Notes under the pieces: generated by a model | The model's input: the letters and a program-made list of their open reading frames with translations, nothing else | Told to the model about the DNA's origin: nothing | Databases searched by the model: none | Shown here: positions 1 through 11,359 of the stretch, in pieces | Position numbering within the stretch: the stretch's first letter is position 1 | How the letters are laid out: each line of letters starts with the position of its first letter | Assembly (NCBI GenBank): GCA_951406725.2 | Contig: OX597825.1 | Span: 62,062,001 to 62,126,000 of the forward strand | Reading direction: 5' to 3' | DNA length: 64,000 bases | Source of the DNA: Octopus vulgaris | Lineage: Eukaryota | Program-made: the position numbers and the translations under genes

Positions 1-60
1 ATGCATATACCTATATATATGTATGTATATACGTATATGTGTGAGTGTATGTACATACGT

Positions 61-354
61 GAAGGCACATGGCTCAGAGGTTAGAGCATGAAGCTTACGA
101 TCGTGAGGTTGTGAGTTTGAATCCCGGACCAGGGCTGCGTTTTGTGTTCTTGGGCAAGACACTTTATTTCACATTACTCCAGTTCACTCAGCTGTAGAAA
201 TGAGTTGTGACACCACTGGTACCAAGCTATATTGGCCTTTGTCTCTCCCTTGGATAACATCAGTAGTGTGGAGAGGGAAGGCTGGTATGTATGAGTGACT
301 GCTGGTCTTCCATAAACAATCTTGCCTGGCCTTGTGCCTCAGAGGGAAACCTTC
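61..354 (+). mobile_element. tRNA-derived SINE
   Basis: tRNA-like head with A-box (TGGCTCAGAGG) and B-box-like GAGTTTGAATCCC, followed by TTGGGCAAGACACTT; related copies near 33060-33270 (+) and 36740-36960 (-). Confidence 0.7.
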
Positions 355-2590
355 ATCTTGGAACTCCAAGCGCTTCACTGTCTCTTTTGTTTATTAGGCA
401 TTTAGAAGCAATCTTCTCTTATTGAATTGTAAATGCATAACCTTCAAAGTGCAATGTGATGCAGTCCAAGAGAAGTTTTGCTTCATGTCAGTGTTACTGT
501 CTACTTCAAATATTCTGGAAGCATACCCATGCTTTGTCGTTTTCTTGATCGGGTCTTCTTTGAGATATGTTAGTCTGGCTGTTTTGGAGTCATGTAGGAG
601 GTCATCAAGAAGAGAGAGCTTCTTGAGGAGCTTGTTGCCAACATACAGGAAATTGTTTTCTTCATTTTTCAGCATTAAGTTAATGTATTTATATTTGCTA
701 CTGTTGTTTAGCACGTTTTTTCTGACAGAGGCTATGTGACATTTGAAGGCTGTCTGCATTGATCTCAAGCCTCTCTCTTCTTTATCTCTTCTTATGTAGA
801 GCCTGTTGGTATCACTATTTCTGAGATTTCTACTTGATGTCAATATCTTGCAGGTTTTGATGTCTATGGAGGGGACTTCTTCTACAGACCAGTCAAGTAT
901 TCCACATGTTGGAATCAGCACTGGTACTGAAAAGGCATTGTGAGATCATTGCCATCTTGTAAGAGGGGAGTTCTAGCAGCCATATTTTTTCTATTTCTGG
1001 TATAATATTCTGGGGTCACTCTATCTTTATTGGCAGTGCCTTTGTATGATATATTGTCACAAATGTCTAGGTACTTGTAGCATTCTTTGTGTGAGACAGC
1101 AGAGATAGTGAGACCATTGATGCACAGGTTTTGTGTCTGTGGAACAGATTTTCACCATTTAACTATCCAATATGAACATTTCTTTTGGCCAAATTCCATT
1201 TCTATGTCAGCTGAAGATGTTGTCATAAATTCCAGCTGCTTTGGAGCATTGCTAACATATTAAGCATATATCTTGAAGTCACTCACAAGGAAATTATGGA
1301 TTGCATTAATATAGTTGCAGATCCTAGCATGTAGCCAATTCATTTTTGGAGAAGTAATGATAATGAATTTAGTGCCACAATGAGCAGAATTAGAGACAAT
1401 ATCTTGAAATATTCTCTTTGAAATAACTATAACATTGGAGGAAATTGCTCTGCCCTCAATTCTAAATGTAAGAATTGTTGCTCAGGTTTTTGTGAGCCTT
1501 TCAACGGCAGCAATTAGGATAGCAGGAACTTTTGTCAAATGGAGTCACTTCAGCTGTCATGAGTGGGGAATAAAGTTAAATGCATTCATATAATCAAGCC
1601 ATACTATTGTAAGGCCCCTACAATGTGTTTTTTTTACCTCAGACAGTACAGCTTTCTTTATCATATATTGTTTGACACATCCTCACAGGCCCTTTTTTCC
1701 ACCATCATCACTCACTTTGTTGTTGAATTTAAAATGATCCTGCAGGAATTGGTTGAGAGAGCTGGCATACAATTTATCTCTTATATAAAATCCGTTCTGT
1801 GTGTGTGTGTGTGTGTGTATGTATGTGTCTGTGTGTGTGTGTGGCGTCTAGGATATCGGGCGTCCTCCATCTGATTGCACTCAAATTTGATATGTAGACA
1901 CCGACGGTATCAGGGCATGTATAAGTTTTGAAAAAAATTACAAAAATCGATTCCAGGTGAGAATGCAATCGATAAAGCCATGGGAAATCGTTTTTCTTTG
2001 GAATAGAAAAAAAGTCTATCTTTATTTCTTCTTTTGCTGGTGTCTCAAGTTTAGGTTAAATCAGTGTTTCTCAAAGGAGAGGCCTATAGGACAGTCAAAC
2101 AAGTTGTTTTGAGAAAATTTGGTTTAAATGTTTGACAACTCAGCACTGTCCATTGGACGGGGGGGCGGGCCAAGCAATGATCAGATAGTTTCTGTCATCT
2201 TGGTGATAGCATTCTTGGCTACAAGATTTATTTGTGCTATAGCAAGCCAATTTGGTATGACAATCTGACCTTCCATGATTCTTCTGAATATACATATTAG
2301 TGGTTTCCTGTAAAATGGCAGCTTCTTATACCAGTATCAGGCTATTAGGTCCCTTCCAGGTGCCTTCCCATTATGCACTTTGCTTACAATTAGAGAGAAA
2401 GTGTCTGGGTCAATTTTATTTGTTCTACTGTTGATGTTAGTACAATGTTCTTTCCTTACTGCATTTAGCAATGGTGCTTTGAGGTTGAGATCTCTCTTTT
2501 CATACCAGAATTTCAACCAGAATGATTCAAGACCTCCTTGGGAGGGGCTTTCTTAACAAAAGTGCCAAATCAACACCAACTACTCAACAG
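355..2590 (-). mobile_element. Degenerate R4-clade (RLE-type) non-LTR retrotransposon, RT region, with frameshifts and stops
   Basis: Minus-strand translation gives PNWLAIAQINLVAK, WLDYMNAFNFIPHS (cf. WLDYKKAFDSVPH), HNFLVSDFKIY (cf. H.xFxDDLKLY), RLYIRRDKEERGL and SHFEGYAF; homologous to 60720-61915; interrupted at 1775-2170. Confidence 0.85.
1775..2170 (+). mobile_element. Non-autonomous Helitron-like insertion in the R4 element
   Basis: Starts TCTCTTATATAAAA followed by (GT)n, like the clearer Helitron at 25559-25947; splits LINE sequence that is contiguous in the copy at 4478-4648; no 3' CTAG visible. Confidence 0.5.
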
Positions 2591-2990
2591 AGAGCACTGA
2601 GTGTTTTCATATGGCACCAGAAGTAATGAGCTTCCAAAATATGGAACTCTTGACTGAGAAAGGGAGTGGATGGCATGGATGTAAAGGTCCTCTCTGTATG
2701 ACCACGATATTTACTTAGCTTGATGTACCTTCCCAAGCACAGCAAATTGCCAAGAACTTTAAAGTTGCTTTCAACCACTATTGGTCTTAATGGGATACTG
2801 TCCATGTGAACCTTAGGGAGACTGTACATGTGTGGTAGCTTATTGTAGCATTGTACCCATCATTTACTAAAAATCTCATAACCAACGTTTAACAAGGAAT
2901 ATTTTCCCTCTACATTTAGTAGAAAAATTTGCAGGAGTTTGGCTAAGACTTAATGAATTCTGACTTTTTGAGGAACCCTTTAACTTCTGC
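2590..2990 (-). mobile_element. Penelope-like element RT fragment
   Basis: MYSLPKVHMDSIPLRPIV matches the PLE RT motif YGLPKxHKxxxPLRPIV. Confidence 0.75.
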
Positions 2991-3049
2991 TCTTGTTTAT
3001 TGGTTTATGATTTCCTTCTCATTGCAAGCTCTTTGGAGAATGAAGAATA

Positions 3050-3325
3050 ATTTGTTGGTTGGAGTAAAACAACTTTTGTAGACAATGTAAAGTGTTAGTT
3101 TGATCTTGTTAGTTTACCATGTTACTTTGATGTGTATTGGTTTAACAGTCTGTAGTTGAACAGTGAATACTGAGTATCATGAGTATTGTACCTACAATCA
3201 AGTAGTATGGAGTGCATTCTGTGTTAATATATGATTTCTGTGATAGGTTATTTTCAGATAGCCACAATCAACTATTTATTTGTGTAATACCATTTTACAC
3301 CAGGCATGTATACCTATGTCATAAC
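3050..3325 (-). mobile_element. Interspersed repeat, probable PLE endonuclease-end/pseudo-LTR
   Basis: Clearly homologous to 8195-8960 (+) and 59630-59980 (-); lies directly upstream of the PLE RT fragment in the same orientation; a D(E/I)GIH peptide resembles the PLE GIY-YIG C-terminus. Confidence 0.5.
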
Positions 3326-3520
3326 AGAATGGAAAAATGGAAAAAATGTATCAGAATGTAAAGATTTAACAGAATGTAACAGAATGTAAAGATGTAACAG
3401 ATGTAACAGAATGTAAAGATGTAGCAGAATGTAACAGAATGTAAAGATGTAACAGAATGTAGCAGTAACAGATGTAACAGAATGTAAAGATGTAACAGAA
3501 TGTAAAGATGGAAAAAATGC
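3323..3520. repeat. Minisatellite of interleaved ACAGAATGTA / AAGATGTA units
   Basis: Visible 8-10 bp variant tandem units. Confidence 0.9.
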
Positions 3521-3892
3521 CACTAAAATCTTTGCTCAGCATGCTACTGACTCTGCCAGTTTCCTACCTTATTTTGGCCAATATATTGGCTATTATAATA
3601 TAAAAATCAGGCCAACATGGGTTGTAACTCCCAATATTTTCCTTTTGCTTTTTGAAATCATTATACATTAATACTGTTACATCACAATAAAACAAAATTT
3701 TAAAATAAATATATCAATAAAATATATTCTAATTTTTTCTTTTGTATTTTTTTTTTATCACAATTCATTGAAATTGCCAACCAAAAAATATGCTGGTTTA
3801 ATATTCATTTACCGTATTAGATCAATATTTTTGATGATTTCGTTGAAATATAAAATAAACCGAGATACTTTTTAGTCAAAAACTAGTTTATT

Positions 3893-3970
3893 ATTACCAC
3901 CACCACCACCACCACCACCACCACCACCACCATCATCATCACCATCATCGCCATCACCATCATTATCGCT
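3893..3970. repeat. (CAC)n/(CAT)n microsatellite
   Basis: Direct reading. Confidence 0.9.
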
Positions 3971-4477
3971 ATTTCAGTCGAGATGCAAGTATATTAATGT
4001 GTGATCATCTCCAACAAGAGTGTAACATTTTAAGTTATCTCCTATGTTTTGCCAATAAAAACATATTAGTCTCCAACAAATGGTATATTTATTTTTTTCA
4101 TCGCATATTTGATCTTAATTTAGGATATTTTTAATGTTCCCCGGTATTAAAAAATAGTTTAACCCATATAATGCAGTTTCTAAATCTCTAATTTAATGTA
4201 GCTTTAAATAATTTCACACAACTCAGACTGCAACTATAAAATGAAATCTAACAGTGATTTAATTTCTCTTATTTCTGTATGATAAAAAAATAAAAGGCAA
4301 TATTGCCAAAAAAAATTGGGCAATGTTTTTAAACATTAGAGATGTGTGCTCTGAATCATTGCCATATGAATATAAACTGGATGGTTTTGGTGTATGGTAT
4401 ATTGTCACAAAGACCAATACATGGAGGTGGCTAAGGAAAAATGATCTTAAAGGATGCGCTAATGCCTTGATATAACT

Positions 4478-4648
4478 AAAATGATCCTAGAGGAACTGGT
4501 TGAAACTGCTTGTGTACAATCTGTACATAATGTTTACACAAGCGATGGACCTACAGTTTTCAGCCAACATAATGATTTCCTTCTTGGCTACAAGATTTGT
4601 CTGTGCTATAGCAAACCAAATTTGTTATCACAATCTGACCTTCCAGAC
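4478..4648 (-). mobile_element. Second fragment of the R4-clade RT
   Basis: Translates WFAIAQTNLVAKKEIIMLAENCRSIACVNIMYRLYTSSFNQFL (cf. NYRPIxCL); aligns to both flanks of the 1775-2170 insertion. Confidence 0.8.
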
Positions 4649-4650
4649 TG

Positions 4651-4986
4651 GTATAGGAGTGGCTGTATGGTATGTAGTTTGCTTACCGACCACATGGTTC
4701 TGGGTTCAGTCCCACTGCATGGCACCTTCGGCAAATGTCTTCTACTATAGCCTCAGGCTGACCAAAGCCTTGTGAGCTGATTTGGTAGAAGGAAACTGAA
4801 AGAAGCCCATTGTATATATATATATAAGAAATTAAAAAAGGAAAATATGCACACTTACATAGTTTTAATATAATATTAAAAATTATATTAAAACCATGTA
4901 AGTGTGCTTTTTTTCTTTTTTAATTTCTTATATACATTACAACTCACAATATGGGGAAAATCAAAATTCCACTTTTCTGTTACTAC

Positions 4987-5054
<68 letters not shown>

Positions 5055-5146
5055 ATATGTTTGTGTGTCTGTGTTTGTCCTCCCCAACATCACTTGACAA
5101 CCGATGCTGGAATGTTTACGTCCCCGTAACTTAGTGGTTCAGCAAA
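4651..5146 (+). mobile_element. SINE family B (tRNA-like head, CCTTGGGCAAGT core, internal (TA)/(TG) microsatellite)
   Basis: GGAGTGGCTGTGTGGTAAG...GGTTCAGTCCC head. Further copies at 16371-16803(+), 20272-21205(+), 23477-23635(+), 23645-24028(-), 29395-29793(-), 35972-36422(-), 42350-42773(-), 47778-47945(+), 49277-49677(+), 53208-53565(-), 54820-55222(-). Confidence 0.9.
4826..4929. repeat. Foldback palindrome inside the (TA)n of a SINE
   Basis: AAGAAATTAAAAAAG..GCACACTTACAT.GTTTTAATATAAT and its reverse complement, arms about 48 bp. Confidence 0.85.
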
Positions 5147-5160
5147 ATACAAAAAAAAAA

Positions 5161-5482
5161 AGAAAAGTACATGTATGGACCATTGATAAGGAGTTTGCAA
5201 ATCTAGTAACCGAGATACTCTTTTGGTTTCAAACCTATTATTAATGGAACAACAGGATACATACTTTTCTCCATCAGGAGCAAAGTATGGCTGAACTTGG
5301 GATTTTGGGGAAGAGAGCAAATCCTTAATTTATATGCTACAAATGATCGCGATATCTGGGACTATAACAATCTGCAAGACCGCAAGATTTAAAGGATACT
5401 GGTTAAAACAAGATGCTTTCCTTCACAGTCGTGCTACCGAGTAGGTGGCTGGTTAAGATTTAATCTACATTAAAAAAGAGAA
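5161..5482 (+). mobile_element. 3' end (RLE C-terminus plus 3' UTR) of an R4-clade element, second subfamily
   Basis: YGPLIRSLQI..PIINGTTGYI; homologous to 62350-62900, including the 3' UTR. Confidence 0.75.
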
Positions 5483-7722
5483 GGGGAACATACATATACA
5501 CATACATACATTCATACCTACAAACATACAAACATGCAACAGGCTTCTTTCAGTTTCTTATTTCTTTATTGTCCACAAGGGGCTAAACACAGAGGAGACA
5601 AACAAGGACAGACAAAGGGATTAAGTCAATTATGTCGACCCTGTAGTGGCAGGCGAAATACCACTAAGCATTTCACCTGGCATGCTAACATTTCTGCCAG
5701 CTTGCCGCCTTTCAGTTCTATCTATCAAATTCATTCACTAGATTTTGGTTAACTTAGAATAATAGTAAAAAAAATTTTTGTCCAAATTGCCATACAATAG
5801 GACTGAACCTAAAACCATGTGGTTGGTAAGTGAGATTCTTAATCATGTTTTTGTCATGGCTATTTAATCTAGTTCATTACAAGACACTGTTAAAGGTCTA
5901 ATCATTATCTTCTTATTTAGTTTTGTAAAATGTTCAAACTTCTGAAAGATTTCTTATAAGCACTCACAATGTTCCAGTCTTAGTAATCTTAAATGAATTC
6001 CAAACACATTGATTCTGCATACTTTTTACAATGCTGCTTTACCGCAAATACACAATGAATGAAAATCATTATTATTTTCTTAATAAACTCTAACAGACAG
6101 CCTAAATATCAAATTTTATCCGATGACTATTATTGTTAATACCACTAAGGTGCCTCACAGTTATAGAAAGATTCACAGAAAATAATGGTCATCGCTGACA
6201 ATTATCTGAATTATATAATCAATACGATTTTGTGGTCGCAAACTGAATGTTATTTTCCATGTCTCTCTCGTGGGTATCTCCTTTGTGACGAGACATCCAA
6301 TGTCTACAAGCTATACAATCAAGCTACTGCAAGTTCACATTAGCATATTGTTTCTTGCATTAGAATTCGTTATTTCATCATGGATTATAAGTACAATGAA
6401 ATGCTTTTGTTGACTGACAATTGAGAAAGATGGCAGTTATCACAGCATAGCTGTAAGGTTTCCTATCTTAAATAAATAACCAAATAAGATGAATTACTTT
6501 TCACCAGAGTCTAGAAGCAGTTTAGGAAATGCTGATTGTAGTTAAGATACTGAGAGAGAAGTAAGTGGCTTTTAGCATTATTTTTCTACTGAAATTTGTA
6601 TTGGTTATTCGGAATTGCATACTAAATAGAAAAGCCGTTTTAACCAAATTAATGATCATTAATAAATCAGTAATTGTGCATAATTTCAATACTTTGTTAA
6701 TCATTATATTCACCGTTATATGTACATAGTCATATATCCAATAATTGTATCTCTACCATATAAGCAACAAGGCGGCAGAATCATTAGTGTGCTGGGTAAG
6801 ATATTTAGTGGTATTTCTTCTGGCTCTTTATGTTCTGAGTTCAAGTTCTGTGAAGGTTTGCTTTGCTTTCCCCCTTATGGAGTTGATAAAATTAGTACTA
6901 GATAAGTACTTGGGTCAATGTCAATTTGCCCTCTTCTCGCAGATTTGCTAGACTTGTGCCAAAATTTGCACCATAAATATATTCTTTTATTTTTGCTTCA
7001 TAAAATTTGCCATGACGGCATTACAAAGAGTAGCTTTCAGGCTGGACAAAAACATTAATGAGATGAATGATGAGAAAAATAACAAAGACGGGAGAAGCCA
7101 AAAGACGCCCTGCAATTTTTTGCTTCTCTAATACATTATTCTTTTTTTTAAAAAAAAAACAAAATGAGGTATTAAACCTCTTACTTTAGTTTATTACAAA
7201 TTTTCTTTTGTCTTTCTATAAAAAGAACATGCAAAAATGAGGCAATAAACCTCTTACACAAACTGAGACACCAAGTCTCTTCAACCATCTCCTGTCAATT
7301 CTCTTGCCACCTGCAGGTAATCATGCAGCTGCAATTCGAATCTACAAAAGAGATAATTGTAATCTTTCTTCGAACAGGTCTCCACTATTTGGAAGAAATC
7401 TCTTTCATTCGCCACCAGCGCAGTCACCTGCGGCGGCCAATGCTGACTTTCAGTACAAGCCGATTCCATCAGGTCCTGACTCGCAAGACAACTTACTACA
7501 AAATTGTCAACAATCCCTTGCTTAAGATAGAATACCACATATTCTCTACTTTCACTGGTAAGCAAGCTACTTACCACACAGCTACTCCTGCGCCTATAAC
7601 GAATACCACAAAACATTCTGTCCTACGTTGTAATTACACAGCCAAATCACCACCCATATATATGTATGTATAAGAGAAGACAAAAACGAGGGTCATATGT
7701 TTATTTATTAGAGTAAATTTGA

Positions 7723-7860
7723 CTTATAACAACTGTTTCCAGCAGTCATTAAAGGTTTGTTATTGATTGGTTTACTCAATTGGTCCATTGATCAGTTGGG
7801 AAAACTAAACAACCTAGAGAATTAATGTTACCTTTACAAATGTCATTATGCTCTGATAAG
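7723..7860 (-). ncRNA. Degenerate hammerhead remnant with long stem II
   Basis: Minus strand reads CTTAT-C(..)AGA-GCA...TAAAGGT/ACCTTTA...TGCTG-GAAA-CAGTTG-TT-ATAAG; stem I CTTAT/ATAAG is intact, the core is partly deleted. Confidence 0.4.
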
Positions 7861-7869
7861 AGCCAATCA

Positions 7870-8190
7870 GAACACAGAAAGAATGATTCAGGCAGCATGA
7901 GAAAGGGATTGGAGAGAGTCAATAAGTATAAGGTGAATGGAAGAGAGATAAAAGCGAAAGTGAAAGGGAAGTGATGAGTTGGAAAAGGAAGAGAAAGAAA
8001 GAAAAGGAAGAGGGAAGCAAAGGAAAGAACAGAGAAGAGGAGGCATATGATGGAAGAATGGTTAAATGATGCCCAGAAATCAAAAAGGGGACAGTAATAA
8101 AAGCATTATTGTGTGCAGTTGAGTTATCACACTCAAAACATTTGCCATTGTCTTCAGCTCAATTACTATCCAGATGGCGTATTGGAATTT
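7870..8190 (-). mobile_element. Possible PLE endonuclease C-terminus plus pyrimidine-rich tail
   Basis: Minus frame AIWIVIELKTMANVLS resembles WIxxLKTxxPxGLN, followed by a CT-rich tract and the HHR remnant. Confidence 0.35.
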
Positions 8191-8271
8191 GAAATAGGTG
8201 TTATGACATTGGTATACAGGTCTGGTGTAAAATGGTGTTACACAAATAAATAGTTGATTGTGGTTTGGTTA

Positions 8272-8686
8272 AAGGCAGCAAGCTGGCAGAAGCGTTTGCA
8301 TGTCGAGTGAAATGCTTAGCGGTATTTCGTCTGCCATTACGTTCTGAGTTCAAATTCCACCGAGGTCATCTTTGCCTTTCATCCTTTCGGGGTCGATAAA
8401 TTAAGTACCAGTTACGCACTGGCGTCTATGTAATCGACTTAATCCGTTTGTCTGTCCTTGTTTGTCCTCTCTGTGTTTAGCCCCTTGTGGGTAGTAAAGA
8501 AATAGGTATTTCGTCTGCTGTTACGTTCTGAGTTCAAATTCCGCCGAGGTCGACTTTGCCTTTCTTTCTTTTGGGGTTGATTAAATAAGTACCAGTTACT
8601 GGGGTCGATATAATCGACTTTATCCGTTTGTCTGTCCTTGTTTGTCCTCTCTGTGTTTAGCCCCTTGTGGGTAGTAAAGAAATAGC
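8272..8686 (+). mobile_element. SINE family A (Nin-like central domain), partial tandem dimer, with 14-bp TSD
   Basis: GGCAGCAAGCTGGCAGAA head, GAGTTCAAATTCC B-box, GCCTTTCATCCTTTCGGGGTCGATAAATTAAGTACCAG domain; TSD TTGTGGTTTGGTTA at 8258-8271 and 8687-8700. Other copies: 5560-5710(-), 6769-6970(+), 8995-9402(-), 13025-13248(+), 15930-16110(-), 18726-18948(+), 27113-27325(+), 30528-30740(-), 35070-35650(-), 45150-45375(+), 58800-59000(-). Confidence 0.92.
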
Positions 8687-9699
8687 TTGTGGTTTGGTTA
8701 TCTAAAAATAACCTATCATAGGTTAAACACAACTTAAACACAGAATGCACTCCGTACTATTGAACGTAGGTATGATACTCAGTATTCAGTGTTCAACTAC
8801 AGACTGTTAAACCAACACACGTCAAACTAATATGATTGAACTGACACTGTCAACTATCCCCTTGATAGTTCACTTGGGTCTTATTTCTTGTATTCAGTTA
8901 GTCTGCCTTCACATGTTCCATCACAAGCAGGGCTCAGGATTCTCCCATAACAATAGGTCACTTACACTTATGGTCAACTTAAATATTTCGTATTCTTTTC
9001 TACTCTAGGCAAAGGTCCGAAATTTTTTGCCAGGGGGCAGTTGATTAGATCGACCCTAGTATGCACCCTGAAAGGATAAAAGGCAAAGTCGACCTTGGCA
9101 GCATTTGAACTCAGAACGTGAAGACAGACAAAAAACTGCTAAGCATTACGCCTGGAATACTAACGTTTCTTATTTCTTTATTGCCGACAAGGGGCTAAAC
9201 ATAGAGAGGACAAACAAAGACAGAAAAACGGATTAAGTCAATTACATCGACCTCAGTGCGTAACTGGTACTTAATTTATCAACCCTGAAAGGATGAAAGG
9301 TAAAGTCGACCTCGGCGGAATTTAAACTCACAACGTAACAGCAGACGAAAAACCGCTAATCATTTTGCCTGGCATGCTAACGTTTCTGTCAGCTTGCTGC
9401 CTTCTTAAATACTTAATATTTTTTCATAACTTTATCTCAGATGGGAGTGAAATGAATTAACAAAAATTAATGGCAAATGGAAGGAAAAAAAATCAGCAGT
9501 AAGATTATTATGATGGGAAACTTGGGAAAGCACTAGCAAGAATGGATAGAAAATAGCGAGAAAAAATATTATTTATGTAGTCATACAAGCAATCATTATA
9601 TTTACATCGTATTTATACTCGTATTTTCAACTGTTTTATTTATGTCATATTTAAACTTTGAGTTGACAAAGTAGTGTCAGTTGAAGTAATATATCACTA

Positions 9700-10135
9700 T
9701 AAATCCACCTACAAAATAACTATAATCTTCTTTCAAAATATCAGCTGGCATAAACGAAAAATCATAATCTCATAGCTTTTATATTATGAGCACAAATCAC
9801 CTTTGAGAGTGGCCCTCATAGCCATGAGTTTAAATCATTTCTGTTCACAAATATTATTTGGCTAGACCTTCTTATTGCAAATGCAGGTCATTTTTGAGAA
9901 TAATCTGCTTTTTTAGAATAGAACTTTTAGTTGTGAGTAGAAATCAATTCTTATGCTGTTTTGCTGATACTTTCATTACCTTCTTATTTTTATATACTTC
10001 CTTGTAGTTTGCAACCATTTTGAAGCTCATATAATCGTAAGCCGAGATTATCTTTCTTAGCAGCCTTTATAGCTTTTCATTGAGTATCACTTTCATTACA
10101 TTCCATGTTCCAATATGTTAAGTTTAGGTTTACTA
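9700..10135 (-). mobile_element. Highly decayed APE endonuclease start of a LINE
   Basis: IGTWNV motif (ATTGGAACATGGAATGTA) near 10097-10114; the remainder is degenerate. Confidence 0.4.
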
Positions 10136-10494
10136 CTCTTTTTAATCAGCATTGATAAGCACCAACAAAGCAGTCATTAAGGGTTATTAAATGGTCACTT
10201 AAGGGTCACCAAGGGGTCAATAAGGAGATGCTAAGGGGTTACATAACCAGTTAGCAAGAACAGTCACCTCTTATGAAAGGGAAATGACATGTTGGATAAT
10301 GTGGTCTGAACCAGGTTGAGAATGGCTCGAATCATTGAAGTGTTAGATAGAATACCTCACAGATTAGTTCTGATTCTCTGCTTTCTGAGATCGAATCCTT
10401 CGATGGTCAACGTTTCCTTTCATTCTTTTGGAAGGAATAAAAGCCTATCAAACCAGTACAGTGGATTAGTGGAACTGTAAGAATATCATAAAAT

Positions 10495-10675
10495 ACGTGC
10501 AGGTGGCACGTAAAAAGCAGCCACTACACTCTCGGAGTGGTTGGCATTAGGAAGGGCATCCGGCTGTAGAAACTCTGCCAGATCAAGACTGGAGCCTGGC
10601 ACAGCCATCTGGATGCCAGCCCTCAGTCAAAACCATCCAACCCATGCTAGCATGGAAAACGGACGTTAAACGATG

Positions 10676-10708
<33 letters not shown>
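10495..10708 (+). mobile_element. RTE LINE 3' tail with (GAT)n end (family C)
   Basis: Matches the 3' UTR of the RTE fragment at 50140-50904. Other copies: 11340-11570(-), 25030-25470(-), 27830-28018(+), 30890-30985(-), 33320-33540(-), 33600-33930(+), 55830-55990(+). Confidence 0.85.
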
Positions 10709-10709
<1 letters not shown>

Positions 10710-11189
10710 CATTTTGCACATTTTGCACATTTTACCACATTTTGCATACCGATTTCAAATCTTATCAAAGACTACACGGGTGATAAACTTAATCAGTTGT
10801 CTAATTTGACACCCCTACCTGGCCCCACTGAGTGTCTTTAGAATTTCATTGTGTTGCAAGCAATCATGCAACCTCTCCAGCATGAAGATTCTTTCATCCC
10901 TTATACCCCACTGTCTTGAAAGCCTGTAAAAGGCCATGGGCACTGCCTTCCTTCCTTCTTGTGTATAAAGATAAAAGATAAAATATATATACTATACTTG
11001 AAAATAAAACTGAGATTGTCCTGCTAGAATAAATATTTTGATGTGTCTGGTCAATCAGGGTTCAGCTGAACTAATACCAAATGAGGATAGCAAACACTAA
11101 TAACTAATGAGCCTAGTAATTTTGGAGCAAAATACTGCATGTCAGAATTACCAAGTTAGAACTGAGCCACTGAAGAAGCCTCTATGTGG

Positions 11190-11223
11190 TTCCTCCTCCT
11201 CCTCCTCATCATCATCCTCATCC

Positions 11224-11279
<56 letters not shown>

Positions 11280-11319
11280 GTCGTCGTCGTCGTCGTCGTC
11301 GTCGTCATCGTCGTCGTCG

Positions 11320-11359
<40 letters not shown>
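11190..11359. repeat. (TCA/TCG/TCC)n expanded tail of an RTE 3' end
   Basis: Trinucleotide run contiguous with a family C tail on the minus strand. Confidence 0.9.

Noticed and set aside
3323-3520. Regular repeats that might suggest a CRISPR array
   Set aside because: No unique spacers, eukaryotic context, simple minisatellite
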